Source: Candidatus Magasanikbacteria bacterium RIFCSPLOWO2_12_FULL_43_12
Lineage (GTDB): Bacteria > Patescibacteriota > Patescibacteriia > Magasanikbacterales > UBA922
Reading direction: 5' to 3'
Assembly (NCBI GenBank): GCA_001783065.1
Contig: MFQN01000004.1
Location: 22,836 to 86,835 of the forward strand
Length of the DNA stretch: 64,000 bases
Position 1 is the first letter of the stretch. Each line of letters opens with the position of its first letter. Below, piece after piece: positions 42,946-50,920 of this stretch. A model generated the notes under the pieces. The model was given only the letters and a program-made list of their open reading frames with translations, ran no database searches and was not told the origin of the DNA. The position numbers were made by a program, and so were the translations under genes.

Positions 42946-43203
42946 AGTTTATGATATATAATATATAGTATATAGTATAGGGTAAGTTTTGTCAAGTAAT
43001 TTATCCACAAGGCTTCGTCTCGCCATGGCGGGACTACGCCATTGCAAGCAAGGCGCCAATCGATCCTTCCTGTTATTCTGCAGGCTGTGTGGCGGTTTTT
43101 TGTTATTGACAAAATTAGTTTTTAGTTCTAAATTATACCCTATCTGCCAAGTGCATGGAGACCATACCATGTGTTCGTGGATAAGTAAAGAAAGGAGTTA
43201 ATT

Positions 43204-43470
43204 ATGAGATCCGGGCCGCCACCATGTTATAATGGTAACAACAAGATGTGCATTGCGGCGATTTCACCGTCCACATGTCCCGGCTATGATGTGTTGGTCT
43301 GCGGTGATCAACTAAGCCCATCGGTCGTGGCCAGGGATCAAAAAAGCACAAAACGAGTCGCGTCAAGTGCGAGAACAAACAACAGCAACAAACCCACTCC
43401 CACCACTCCGCTCGGTCAGCACCCGCTTTGCCCACGCCACGATTTCGGCGAAGGCTCGGACGACACTTAG
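43204..43470 (+). CDS. small Cys-rich hypothetical protein in a GC-rich island
   Basis: Strong RBS AAAGGAG 6 nt upstream of the ATG at 43204. 88 aa with CYNGNNKMCIAAISPSTCPGYDVLVCGDQ. The antisense ORF 43202..43474 is the alternative reading. Confidence 0.35.
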   Translation: MRSGPPPCYNGNNKMCIAAISPSTCPGYDVLVCGDQLSPSVVARDQKSTKRVASSARTNNSNKPTPTTPLGQHPLCPRHDFGEGSDDT

Positions 43471-43614
43471 GCATGCCTGCTCTTTTCTCGCGGGGGTCTT
43501 GGTTTCTACACCATGACCCTCGCGCCTAAATCCATTGTCAAAGGATGGCTATTCAAGGGCCTTGCAAAAGTTTTTATTTTCGTGTAGAATTATTGAGAAA
43601 GCAAAATAAATTTT

Positions 43615-43689
43615 GCCCCCATAGTTCAACGGATAGAACAGGCCCGTCCTAAGGGCAAAATGTGTGTTCAATTCATGCTGGGGGCACCA
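43615..43689 (+). tRNA. tRNA-Arg (anticodon CCT)
   Basis: Acceptor GCCCCCA/TGGGGGC, D-arm GTTC-AACGGATA-GAAC, anticodon loop GTCCTAA, T-arm GTGTG-TTCAATT-CATGC, CCA encoded. Confidence 0.75.
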
Positions 43690-43722
43690 AGTAATTGAAA
43701 ATTATAAATTAAAAATTAACGA

Positions 43723-43796
43723 GGGCCTATGGTCTAGTGGTATGACATCGCATTCGCATTGCGGGGGCGGCAGTTCGATTCTGCCTAGGTCCACCA
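43723..43796 (+). tRNA. tRNA-Ala (anticodon CGC)
   Basis: G3:U70 wobble in the acceptor stem (GGGCCTA/TAGGTCC). Anticodon stem TCGCA/TGCGG with loop TTCGCAT. T-arm GGCAG-TTCGATT-CTGCC. CCA encoded. Confidence 0.75.
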
Positions 43797-44068
43797 AAAA
43801 ACACCAAAAAACGAAAAATAGTGTAGAGTGTTGTATACTTTCGTGATAAAAATGGAGCACGGAGCACGTAACATGGAACAACGATTGAGTGGTGAGGGAA
43901 GAGATAAAAGTCAGTTCCATATGGAACTGGAAAATATTAGCGAGGCAAGGAAAAATATTAAGATTGAGCAGAGAAAACGTGTCGTAAAATATTTTTAGTA
44001 TAATTTAGCAAACCACCATGTGTTTTATTGACAAGTTTTAGGAGTAGTGATACAATTTCGTGGTCTGA

Positions 44069-44142
44069 GGGCCGTTAGCTCAGCTGGCTAGAGCGTCTCG
44101 ATGGCATCGAGAAGGTCGCTGGTTCAAGTCCAGTACGGTCCA
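44069..44142 (+). tRNA. tRNA-Ala (anticodon GGC)
   Basis: G3:U70 (GGGCCGT/ACGGTCC). D-arm GCTC-AGCTGGCTA-GAGC. Anticodon stem TCTCG/CGAGA with loop ATGGCAT. T-arm GGTCG..GGTTCAAGTCC. Confidence 0.8.
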
Positions 44143-44217
44143 CAAACAATGGTCTCACCAAGGGGCCTTTTTGTATTATGTTGCTCGTGTAGGAGATCTG
44201 TGGTATAATGATCTTGT

Positions 44218-44886
44218 ATGGATGACCACACAAAAGAAAAAATAAAAGAACTTCGTGAGAAAGGCATGACCTATGGAGAAATAAAAAAAATACTGGGTCT
44301 TTCTGTACCAAAGAGCTCTTTGTCTTTTTACTGTAAAGGTGTTGGTGTGCCGGCTGATTACCAAAGTAAAATTAAGAGATTAAATATTGAAAATTTAAAT
44401 AAAGCTCGCGTATTGGCCAAAAGACAACAACAGGAAGCCAGGAACAGGTATTTGAAAAGTCTTTACTCAACCAACCAGCATCTTAGGAACAAGATTGATG
44501 TTCCAGATACAGCAAAATTACTACTTGCCTCATTGTATTTGGCAGAGGGTGGAAAAACTCAAAGAGGATCGTTGGTTTTTGGCAATTCAGATCCGAAAAT
44601 AATTAAACTTTTCTTGTTTTTACTTAGAAAGGCGTACACAATTGATGATAGGAAGTTTCGTTGTACTGTTCAGTGTCGCGCCGATCAAGATACTGAGAGG
44701 TTAAAAAATTTTTGGTCCAACATAACTCGAATACCCACTGGACAGTTTTACAAAGCACAGGTTGATAAACGGACGGTGGGCAAAAAAACACTAAAGCAAG
44801 GCTATTCTGGTGTCTGTCGCATAGATTACTTTTCTGCCGGTATCTTTAACGAATTGGGGGTAATTGGGACAATAATGACCGAATGA
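44218..44886 (+). CDS. hypothetical HTH protein with a possible LAGLIDADG-like endonuclease domain
   Basis: N-terminal HTH (GMTYGEIKKILGLSVPKSS). LLASLYLAEGGKTQRGS resembles a degenerate LAGLIDADG motif. Sits immediately downstream of a three-tRNA cluster. Confidence 0.35.
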   Translation: MDDHTKEKIKELREKGMTYGEIKKILGLSVPKSSLSFYCKGVGVPADYQSKIKRLNIENLNKARVLAKRQQQEARNRYLKSLYSTNQHLRNKIDVPDTAKLLLASLYLAEGGKTQRGSLVFGNSDPKIIKLFLFLLRKAYTIDDRKFRCTVQCRADQDTERLKNFWSNITRIPTGQFYKAQVDKRTVGKKTLKQGYSGVCRIDYFSAGIFNELGVIGTIMTE

Positions 44887-44941
44887 TCAGTGTTCATAAA
44901 CAGCAACTTTATTTGAGGTTTTAAATTTAAGATTTTATTTT

Positions 44942-46039
44942 ATGTTATCAATCGGAATAGTCGGCTTGCCAAATGTCGGTAAATCAACGCTATTTAACGC
45001 TCTGACGCGCAGTAAACAGGCGGATGCGCAGAATTACCCTTTTTGCACGATTGAGCCCAACGTGGGCGTTGTAGAGGTCCCAGACGAGCGTTTAGCCCAG
45101 CTTGCCGAAGTCTCAAAATCAAAAAAAGTCATCCCAACCGCGATTCAGTTCGTTGACATCGCCGGTTTGGTTAAAGGCGCTTCCGAAGGCGCCGGTTTGG
45201 GCAATAAATTTTTATCTCACATCAGAGAAGTTGACGCGATTGTTCAGGTTGTCCGCGCGTTTTCCGACAGCAACGTTGTTCATGTGCAAAATCGCGTTGA
45301 TCCAAAAGAAGACGCGGAAATTATTAATTTAGAGCTAATTTTAGCGGATTTACAAACAATTGGAAAAAAGTTGGATACTACAAAAAAAGGCGCCAAAGGC
45401 AAAGTTGATGATAAAATTAAGGCTGAAATTGAAGTTTTGGAAAAGGTGTTGGATAGTTTGCAAGTTGGCAAGTTTGCAAGCGCGCAAGTGTATAGCGATG
45501 ATGAGGTGGCTATTGTGAGAGACTTGCATTTGTTGACGATGAAACCAGTGCTTTATGTGGTGAATGTGGACGAGAGTCAAAAGTCCATAAAGTCTTTAAA
45601 GTCAGTAAAGTCCGACGAATTGAATTTTGGTGATGCGGTTGAACACATAGAAATCAGCGCCAAAGTGGAAGCTGAGGTGGCGGAGTTGTCGCCGGAAGAG
45701 GCAAGGCAGTATTTGAAAGAGTTGGGGATTGAAAAAACCGGCTTAGATAAGCTAATTTTGGCCGGTTACAAGCTTCTGGATTTAGTTACTTTTCTTACTT
45801 CCGGCGAGCCGGAAACCCGCGCGTGGACTGTAAAACGCGGCACAAAAGGCCCGGAAGCCGCAGGCGTCATTCACACCGACTTTATCAAGGGTTATATCAA
45901 GGCCGATGTCTGCGATTGGCAAGATTTTGTCCAGTTTGGCGGTTGGAGCGGGATTAAAACATCAGGGAAGTTAAGATTGGAAGGGAAAGAATATGAAGTG
46001 AGAGATGGGGATGTTTGTTACTTTCATATAGCAACTTGA
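44942..46039 (+). CDS. ychF: ribosome-binding ATPase YchF
   Basis: GIVGLPNVGKSTLFNALT, DIAGLVKGASEGAGLGNKFL, C-terminal TGS domain. Contains a small KS-repeat insertion (SQKSIKSLKSVKSDE). Confidence 0.9.
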   Translation: MLSIGIVGLPNVGKSTLFNALTRSKQADAQNYPFCTIEPNVGVVEVPDERLAQLAEVSKSKKVIPTAIQFVDIAGLVKGASEGAGLGNKFLSHIREVDAIVQVVRAFSDSNVVHVQNRVDPKEDAEIINLELILADLQTIGKKLDTTKKGAKGKVDDKIKAEIEVLEKVLDSLQVGKFASAQVYSDDEVAIVRDLHLLTMKPVLYVVNVDESQKSIKSLKSVKSDELNFGDAVEHIEISAKVEAEVAELSPEEARQYLKELGIEKTGLDKLILAGYKLLDLVTFLTSGEPETRAWTVKRGTKGPEAAGVIHTDFIKGYIKADVCDWQDFVQFGGWSGIKTSGKLRLEGKEYEVRDGDVCYFHIAT

Positions 46040-46274
46040 TTTGGTTCGTCTTTTTGTTATTGCATCGATTTTAAATTTTGATTTTTCAATTTTAAATTCG
46101 CAATAGTATACAACACTCTATACTATTGTGGATAACTCTGGGGAAAACTTGGCTAAAATGTGGATAACTTTTCATTTTTTAACCCAATAGTATACACTAG
46201 TGTATACTATTTTTATTTAACAAGATTATTTTTTTGCTAAAATTAGCTTAAAATTATAAAAACAGCCCAAACCC

Positions 46275-46303
46275 TTGACAAGTGTTGAAAAATGTGCTAT
46301 ACT
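46275..46303 (+). promoter_or_regulatory. near-consensus sigma70 promoter TTGACA-17-TATACT
   Basis: TTGACA at 46275-46280, 17 nt spacer, TATACT at 46298-46303. Preceded at 46100-46215 by two perfect DnaA boxes (TGTGGATAA) and two perfect palindromes. Confidence 0.6.
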
Positions 46304-46309
46304 ATTAAT

Positions 46310-46700
46310 ATACTATAAAAATTGTTCTTTAAAAGTCAGGATTTGTTCCTTCTGAATTTATTCAGGTGGAGCACTTCCCTTTTTACTACTTAAAATTTCG
46401 AGCTTACCATTTATTAGCTCCCGACTCAATCGGGCAAAACAAAAACAAAAGCCAAAAATTAATGGCTAGCTCGAAACGGTGACTTCCCATTTATGCGCTT
46501 TGTGCCTTCGGGCCGAATCGTAGGGAATGTCTACCTTATGGCGGTAGAAAGGAGACTACTGTCCCCAAGGACAGTCGCGTTTCAGGTATTCTAAGTGTAT
46601 TTTAAACAAATACCTTTAGATTACCTGAAAGGCGTATCCTGGGGATACTGAGGCGGCACGCCGTTAAGTTATTTACCTAGGGCGCTTGACCGCCTTTTTT
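46310..46700 (+). ncRNA. candidate structured ncRNA of about 390 nt (unclassified), promoter- and terminator-bounded
   Basis: No ORF of 60 aa or more. Multiple stable hairpins (TCGAGCTTACCATT/AATGGCTAGCTCGA, ACTGTCCccaaGGACAGT, GTATCCtggGGATAC, GCCttcgGGC). Terminal GGCGcttgacCGCC plus TTTTTT at about 46676-46700. Confidence 0.45.
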
Positions 46701-46830
46701 AATATACGAGTTTAACATACGAATATACTAATGTACTAATGATACTAAATGTATACTAATCCCTTTGATGTTAAATATTCGTATCCATTAGTATCATTAG
46801 TACTCTATATCGTATATTAGTATTGTTGCT
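46700..46830. repeat. MITE-like palindromic element (family E), second copy
   Basis: acgaatatactaatgtactaatgatactaa...ccattagtatcattagtactctatatcgtatattagtatt. Compare with 12425-12545. Confidence 0.7.
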
Positions 46831-46930
46831 ACTCTTGACAGCGGTGCGTTATTATTTTATACTGTCAGCCCTTGCGTTAGTTGCGGTTTTTATTTATAAT
46901 ACTATCGTATTATTCGGTAATGTTAATTAT

Positions 46931-47323
46931 ATGACCAAGAAGATTAGCGCGTTCAGCAAAGATTTTTTGGACAAGATCAACGGTTTGCTTTTGTCGGAAA
47001 AAACCAGACTGGAAAGCGAGTTATCAAAATTTACCACAAAAAACAAGCATATCAAAGGTGATTACGATGCGGAGTTTCCTGAATATGGCGATAAAGATGA
47101 CGAGAACGCTCAAGAGATCGCGCAATATACCGCGGACAAACCGATGGAGATCGCGTTGGAAAAAGAATTGCGCGACGTAAATAAGTCTTTGGAACGTCTA
47201 AAGAAAGACGATTATGGTGTCTGCAAATATTGTGATAAGCCGATTGATGAAAAGAGGTTGTTAGCTCGACCGACATCAGGCGCGTGTGTGAGCTGTAAGA
47301 AGGCGTTGACGGACGAAATTTAA
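46931..47323 (+). CDS. DksA/TraR family C4-type zinc-finger protein
   Basis: Coiled-coil N-terminus, then CKYCDKPIDEKRLLARPTSGACVSCK. Likely start MTKKISAF at 46931. The upstream part of the ORF-track ORF overlaps the family E repeat. Confidence 0.7.
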   Translation: MTKKISAFSKDFLDKINGLLLSEKTRLESELSKFTTKNKHIKGDYDAEFPEYGDKDDENAQEIAQYTADKPMEIALEKELRDVNKSLERLKKDDYGVCKYCDKPIDEKRLLARPTSGACVSCKKALTDEI

Positions 47324-47389
47324 GCCCACTAATTTGGCGACCACAAATGCCCACCAATTCGGCGACCACCAATCAACACTAATAAAACT

Positions 47390-47881
47390 ATGTTGAGAAA
47401 CGATTTCCGTCTATTTGTTTGCATACTGATAGGCGGATTTTTTTTATTGGCAGACCAGCTGTTGAAGTCGGTGGCGAGGAGCAATCCGGATTTTGAGTAC
47501 TACATCATTGGCAAGTGGCTGGGATGGGAATATATGGCTAATCCCGGTATCGCGTTTTCTCTGCCGTTTCCAAATTGGTTGTTGGTTTTAATCACACCGT
47601 TGATTATTTTCGGATTGATTGTTTGGTTAATTAAATTATCCAGCAAGAAGTCGTCTATCTCTTATCTCTTATCTCTTATATTAATCATTTTCGGCGCGTT
47701 ATCTAATTTTATAGACAGGGTATTGTTTGCGGCCACGATTGATTATCTACGCGTTTTGACAGGGGTGATAAATTTGGCGGATGTGGGGATTGTGGCGGGA
47801 GCGGGGATGTTGGTGGTAGAAGGTTGGGGGACGAAGAGACAAAATGGTGGCAAGAGGTTGTTTTTTGGGAAAAGAGTTTAA
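47390..47881 (+). CDS. lspA: lipoprotein signal peptidase II
   Basis: Four TM segments. Conserved NPGIAFSLPF and FIDRVLFAATIDYL motifs. Confidence 0.75.
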   Translation: MLRNDFRLFVCILIGGFFLLADQLLKSVARSNPDFEYYIIGKWLGWEYMANPGIAFSLPFPNWLLVLITPLIIFGLIVWLIKLSSKKSSISYLLSLILIIFGALSNFIDRVLFAATIDYLRVLTGVINLADVGIVAGAGMLVVEGWGTKRQNGGKRLFFGKRV

Positions 47882-48365
47882 AGAAAAATGCGTGGGGCGG
47901 AAAACAACCGAAGGTTTTGTTATAATATTAAAAGAGAATGGGATTGAAGCAGATGAAAGTTTGGCGGTCAAGCTGCAGGTGGAAAAGGATGGAATTTATA
48001 AAAAAATAATAAAGAAAAAATTAAAAAGCGTGTTTAGAAAAAAGATAACAGATATCATTTTACAACTTGTTGAGAGAAAAAAGGTTCTGGCGGTGGCGAC
48101 ATCAGGGTCAAGAGAAGAAGTGGAGATTATTTTAGGCAAAGACGGGCTGGACTTGAAGAAAAATTTTAGTTATATTGTTACCGGGGAAGATGTGAAGAAA
48201 GGGAAACCGCATCCGGAAATTTATAGAAAAGTCGCCAAGATCGCTCGGGTGAAACTTAATAAATGTTTAGTTTTTGAAGATACAGGGGTTGGGGTTGTCT
48301 CGGCTTTTAGAGCGGGGATGAATGTGGTGGCCGTGCCCAGTGAATTTACCAAAGGGCAAGATTAG
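47844..48365 (+). CDS. HAD-family hydrolase, apparently lacking the N-terminal DxD motif (possible truncation or misassigned start)
   Basis: Motifs II/III/IV present (VAVATSGS, KKGKPHPEIY, LVFEDTGVGVVSAFRAGM) but no DxDGT motif I. The 5' end overlaps lspA by 38 nt. Confidence 0.45.
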   Translation: MVARGCFLGKEFKEKCVGRKTTEGFVIILKENGIEADESLAVKLQVEKDGIYKKIIKKKLKSVFRKKITDIILQLVERKKVLAVATSGSREEVEIILGKDGLDLKKNFSYIVTGEDVKKGKPHPEIYRKVAKIARVKLNKCLVFEDTGVGVVSAFRAGMNVVAVPSEFTKGQD

Positions 48366-48546
48366 AGAACTTAGGGTGGATTTTAGCAAAGATAAACACA
48401 GGATTTTTTATTTTACTATGATTGGCAAGAAAATAATTTTGTTACATGCTTTTAGAAAAAACACAAAAAAGACACCGCTATCAGAAATTAATACAGCGAT
48501 TAACAACTATCATGATGTTATAAATAATTTCCGATTGTATGACTAA
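48322..48546 (+). CDS. type II toxin, HigB/RelE (Gp49-like) family
   Basis: IRELRVDFSKDKHRIFYFTMIGKKIILLHAFRKNTKKTPLSEI. Followed by an XRE-HTH gene. Confidence 0.6.
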   Translation: MWWPCPVNLPKGKIRELRVDFSKDKHRIFYFTMIGKKIILLHAFRKNTKKTPLSEINTAINNYHDVINNFRLYD

Positions 48547-48826
48547 AAATATTAGTAATGATTTTGGTCAATACTTAAAAAAGGAATTAAAAAATTCCAG
48601 ATTTAAAAAGATGTTTGATGAATATGGCGAGCAATTGGAAGTGGCTTACCAGATTTTGCAGTTGCGCAAAAAACAAAAAGTGTCGCAATGCCAATTGGCC
48701 AAAAAAATCGGTACTACTCAAAGCAATGTGGCAAGGATGGAGGCCGGTAAACAGAATTTTTCAACAGATATGCTGGTGAGGGTGGCTTCGGCGTTAGGAA
48801 AGAAGTTGGAAGTGAGGTTTGTGTGA
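48539..48826 (+). CDS. XRE-family HTH antitoxin (HigA-like)
   Basis: LRKKQKVSQCQLAKKIGTTQSNVARMEAGKQNFSTDMLVRVASALG. Confidence 0.65.
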   Translation: MTKNISNDFGQYLKKELKNSRFKKMFDEYGEQLEVAYQILQLRKKQKVSQCQLAKKIGTTQSNVARMEAGKQNFSTDMLVRVASALGKKLEVRFV

Positions 48827-49129
48827 GACGACCAACAAGGAGGGGAATAAATTTTGTTAAACAAAAAATACTCTTAAAGAGTATTTTTATTTTAGTAAGG
48901 AAAATGGGCTGGTTAGCGCTATTGTCCTCACCCTTGCGGGGGGCTGCCGTTCGAAGTTGTTTTGTTGGTTTTTACTTTATATTATTCCACAAAAAATTAA
49001 ATAAAAAACCACCCATAATTTTCTATTAGTTGTATTTTTGGAAACCAAGCTTAATCTATCATAACCCTAAGATAATTTCAAGCCTAACTCACTGTTTAAA
49101 CACGGCCTTTAAAAAGAGTAAAATAAAAA

Positions 49130-49345
49130 TGACCGTCGGGTCATTTAAAAATTAATTTCACAGTCCCATCAGGGACGATAGATAATAGCCAGGCACTTTA
49201 GTGCCTGGAACCAGAATCAACAAACACTCAAAGTCCCGTAAGGACGACACAAAGCACTTCTGCCGTCCCTACGGGACTACGATTTAAATATGAATTTTTT
49301 CCAGGGCATAAATGCCCTGGCTACTATCTGGCGTCCCTATCGGGA
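49130..49345. repeat. multi-hairpin repeat element (family F), second copy
   Basis: agtcccgtaaggacgacacaaagcacttctgccgtccctacgggact, ccaggcactttagtgcctgg, ccagggcataaatgccctgg, cgtccctatcgggac. Confidence 0.7.
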
Positions 49346-49397
49346 CTTTGGTAGACATATTTCATGCTCAATATTCCATGTTCCGTCTCGCGCCGCC

Positions 49398-50918
49398 TCA
49401 CTCCACCTTCGCCCTATACTGCAACGCCTCTGCCACATGTTCAGTCGCGATATCGTCAACGCCGCCGAGGTCGGCGATGGTGCGGGCGAGTTTGAGGATG
49501 CGATGATAGCCGCGGGCCGAGAGATGCATTTGGGTTACGGCCTGGCGGAGAAGATCAATTGATTGGTCGTTTAATTTGCAAAACTCCCTGATATCTTTGT
49601 TTTTCATTTCGCTGTTCGCTTGATACGGCGAATTTTTTAATCTGACTCTCTGCCGTTCGCGCGCGGCCTCAACCCGTTCGCGAATTTTTTCCGAAGATTC
49701 GGCCAGTTCTTCTTTAGCAAGTTTTTCAAATTTCACTCGCGGCACTTCCACGTGCAGATCAATGCGGTCCAACAGAGGGCCGCTGATTTTTTTTCGGTAG
49801 CGCGAGATTTGCATCGGCGAACAAGCGCAGGTTCTATCCGGGTCGGTCGCGTAACCGCACGGACAGGGATTTTGGCTGGCGACAAGAGTGAAGCTGGCCG
49901 GAAAAGTAATCGTTCCTTGGGCGCGAGAGATAGTGACAACGCCGTCTTCCAGCGGCTGGCGCAAACTTTCCAAAACCGTGCGCGGAAATTCCGGAAATTC
50001 ATCTAAAAACAAAACCCCGCGATGGGCAAGAGAAATTTCTCCGGGCCGCGGAAATTTTCCGCCGCCGACAAGCGCGACATCTGACGCGCTATGGTGCGGC
50101 GCGCGAAATGGGCGTTCGGTGATTAACGGCATTTCTTCCGGCAACATGCCGGCAACGGAATAAATTTTTGTTACTTCAATCGCTTCGTCCGCGGTCATTT
50201 GCGGCAGAATTGACGGCAGGGTTCTCGCCAGCAAAGTTTTGCCAGACCCGGGCGGGCCGGAGAGCAAAATGTTGTGCGCGCCGGAAGCCGCGATTTCCAT
50301 CGCCCGCTTAACATATTCCTGTCCTTTTATATAGGCCATGTCCATTTCGTAAACAGAGCGGGAAAATAATTTGCTGATTTCTTGCGGTGGAAGCGGGGCG
50401 ATTTGTTCGAATTCAGACAAGTGGTTGACGATCGCGCGAAAAGACTCCACCGGATAGATTTCAATACCGGAAATCAGTCCGGCCTCTCTCGCGTTGCTCG
50501 CCGGCACAAAAATTTTTTGGTACCCGGCCTGTTTCGCGTAAATCGCCAACGGCAAAATTCCAGTGGTGCGCCGAAGTTTTCCGTCTAACGCCAACTCGCC
50601 GATGAATATTGAATTATTCAAATCCAATTCCGGCAATTCTAGCGCGGTGTACATGCCGACAGCCATCGGCAAATCAAAAGACGATCCTTCTTTGCGCACA
50701 TCCGCCGGCGCGAGGTTAATTAAAATCCGGTGGCCGTTTGGAAAATGCAATTCGCTATTTTTCCACGCCGCCCGGATTCTTTCTTTAGCTTCTTGTATCG
50801 CGGTGTCAGGCAAGCCCACGATTTGAAAATTCGGGAAACCTTTGCCAAGATCAATCTCCACGGTAATCGGCGCGCAGTCCAATCCGACCGTGGTGGAGGA
50901 ATTTATTTTTGTGTACAT
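49398..50918 (-). CDS. comM: YifB/ComM family Mg-chelatase-like AAA+ ATPase
   Basis: 506 aa. Lon-like N-terminal domain. Walker A LLSGPPGSGKT. Arg finger and DEFPEF motifs. Confidence 0.8.
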   Translation of the reverse strand: MYTKINSSTTVGLDCAPITVEIDLGKGFPNFQIVGLPDTAIQEAKERIRAAWKNSELHFPNGHRILINLAPADVRKEGSSFDLPMAVGMYTALELPELDLNNSIFIGELALDGKLRRTTGILPLAIYAKQAGYQKIFVPASNAREAGLISGIEIYPVESFRAIVNHLSEFEQIAPLPPQEISKLFSRSVYEMDMAYIKGQEYVKRAMEIAASGAHNILLSGPPGSGKTLLARTLPSILPQMTADEAIEVTKIYSVAGMLPEEMPLITERPFRAPHHSASDVALVGGGKFPRPGEISLAHRGVLFLDEFPEFPRTVLESLRQPLEDGVVTISRAQGTITFPASFTLVASQNPCPCGYATDPDRTCACSPMQISRYRKKISGPLLDRIDLHVEVPRVKFEKLAKEELAESSEKIRERVEAARERQRVRLKNSPYQANSEMKNKDIREFCKLNDQSIDLLRQAVTQMHLSARGYHRILKLARTIADLGGVDDIATEHVAEALQYRAKVE

Positions 50919-50920
50919 AC

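Noticed and set aside
43202-43474. Minus-strand 90 aa ORF in the GC-rich island.
   Set aside because: It is the exact antisense of the plus-strand ORF, which has a strong RBS. High GC inflates ORF length on both strands.
43040-43480. Restriction-site-like strings (CCATGG, CTGCAG, GCATGC) plus the Kozak-like motif as proof of a synthetic vector fragment.
   Set aside because: Six-mers occur by chance. There is no recognisable vector backbone, marker gene or polylinker. Reported only as an oddity to BLAST.
46310-46700. Assigning the 390 nt structured region as tmRNA or RNase P RNA.
   Set aside because: I could not find RNase P CR-I/CR-IV (GGAAAGTCCGG / ACAGAAxCCGGCTTA). I found no tRNA-like T-arm with a tag ORF ending in ALAA-like residues. 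It is kept only as an unclassified ncRNA candidate.
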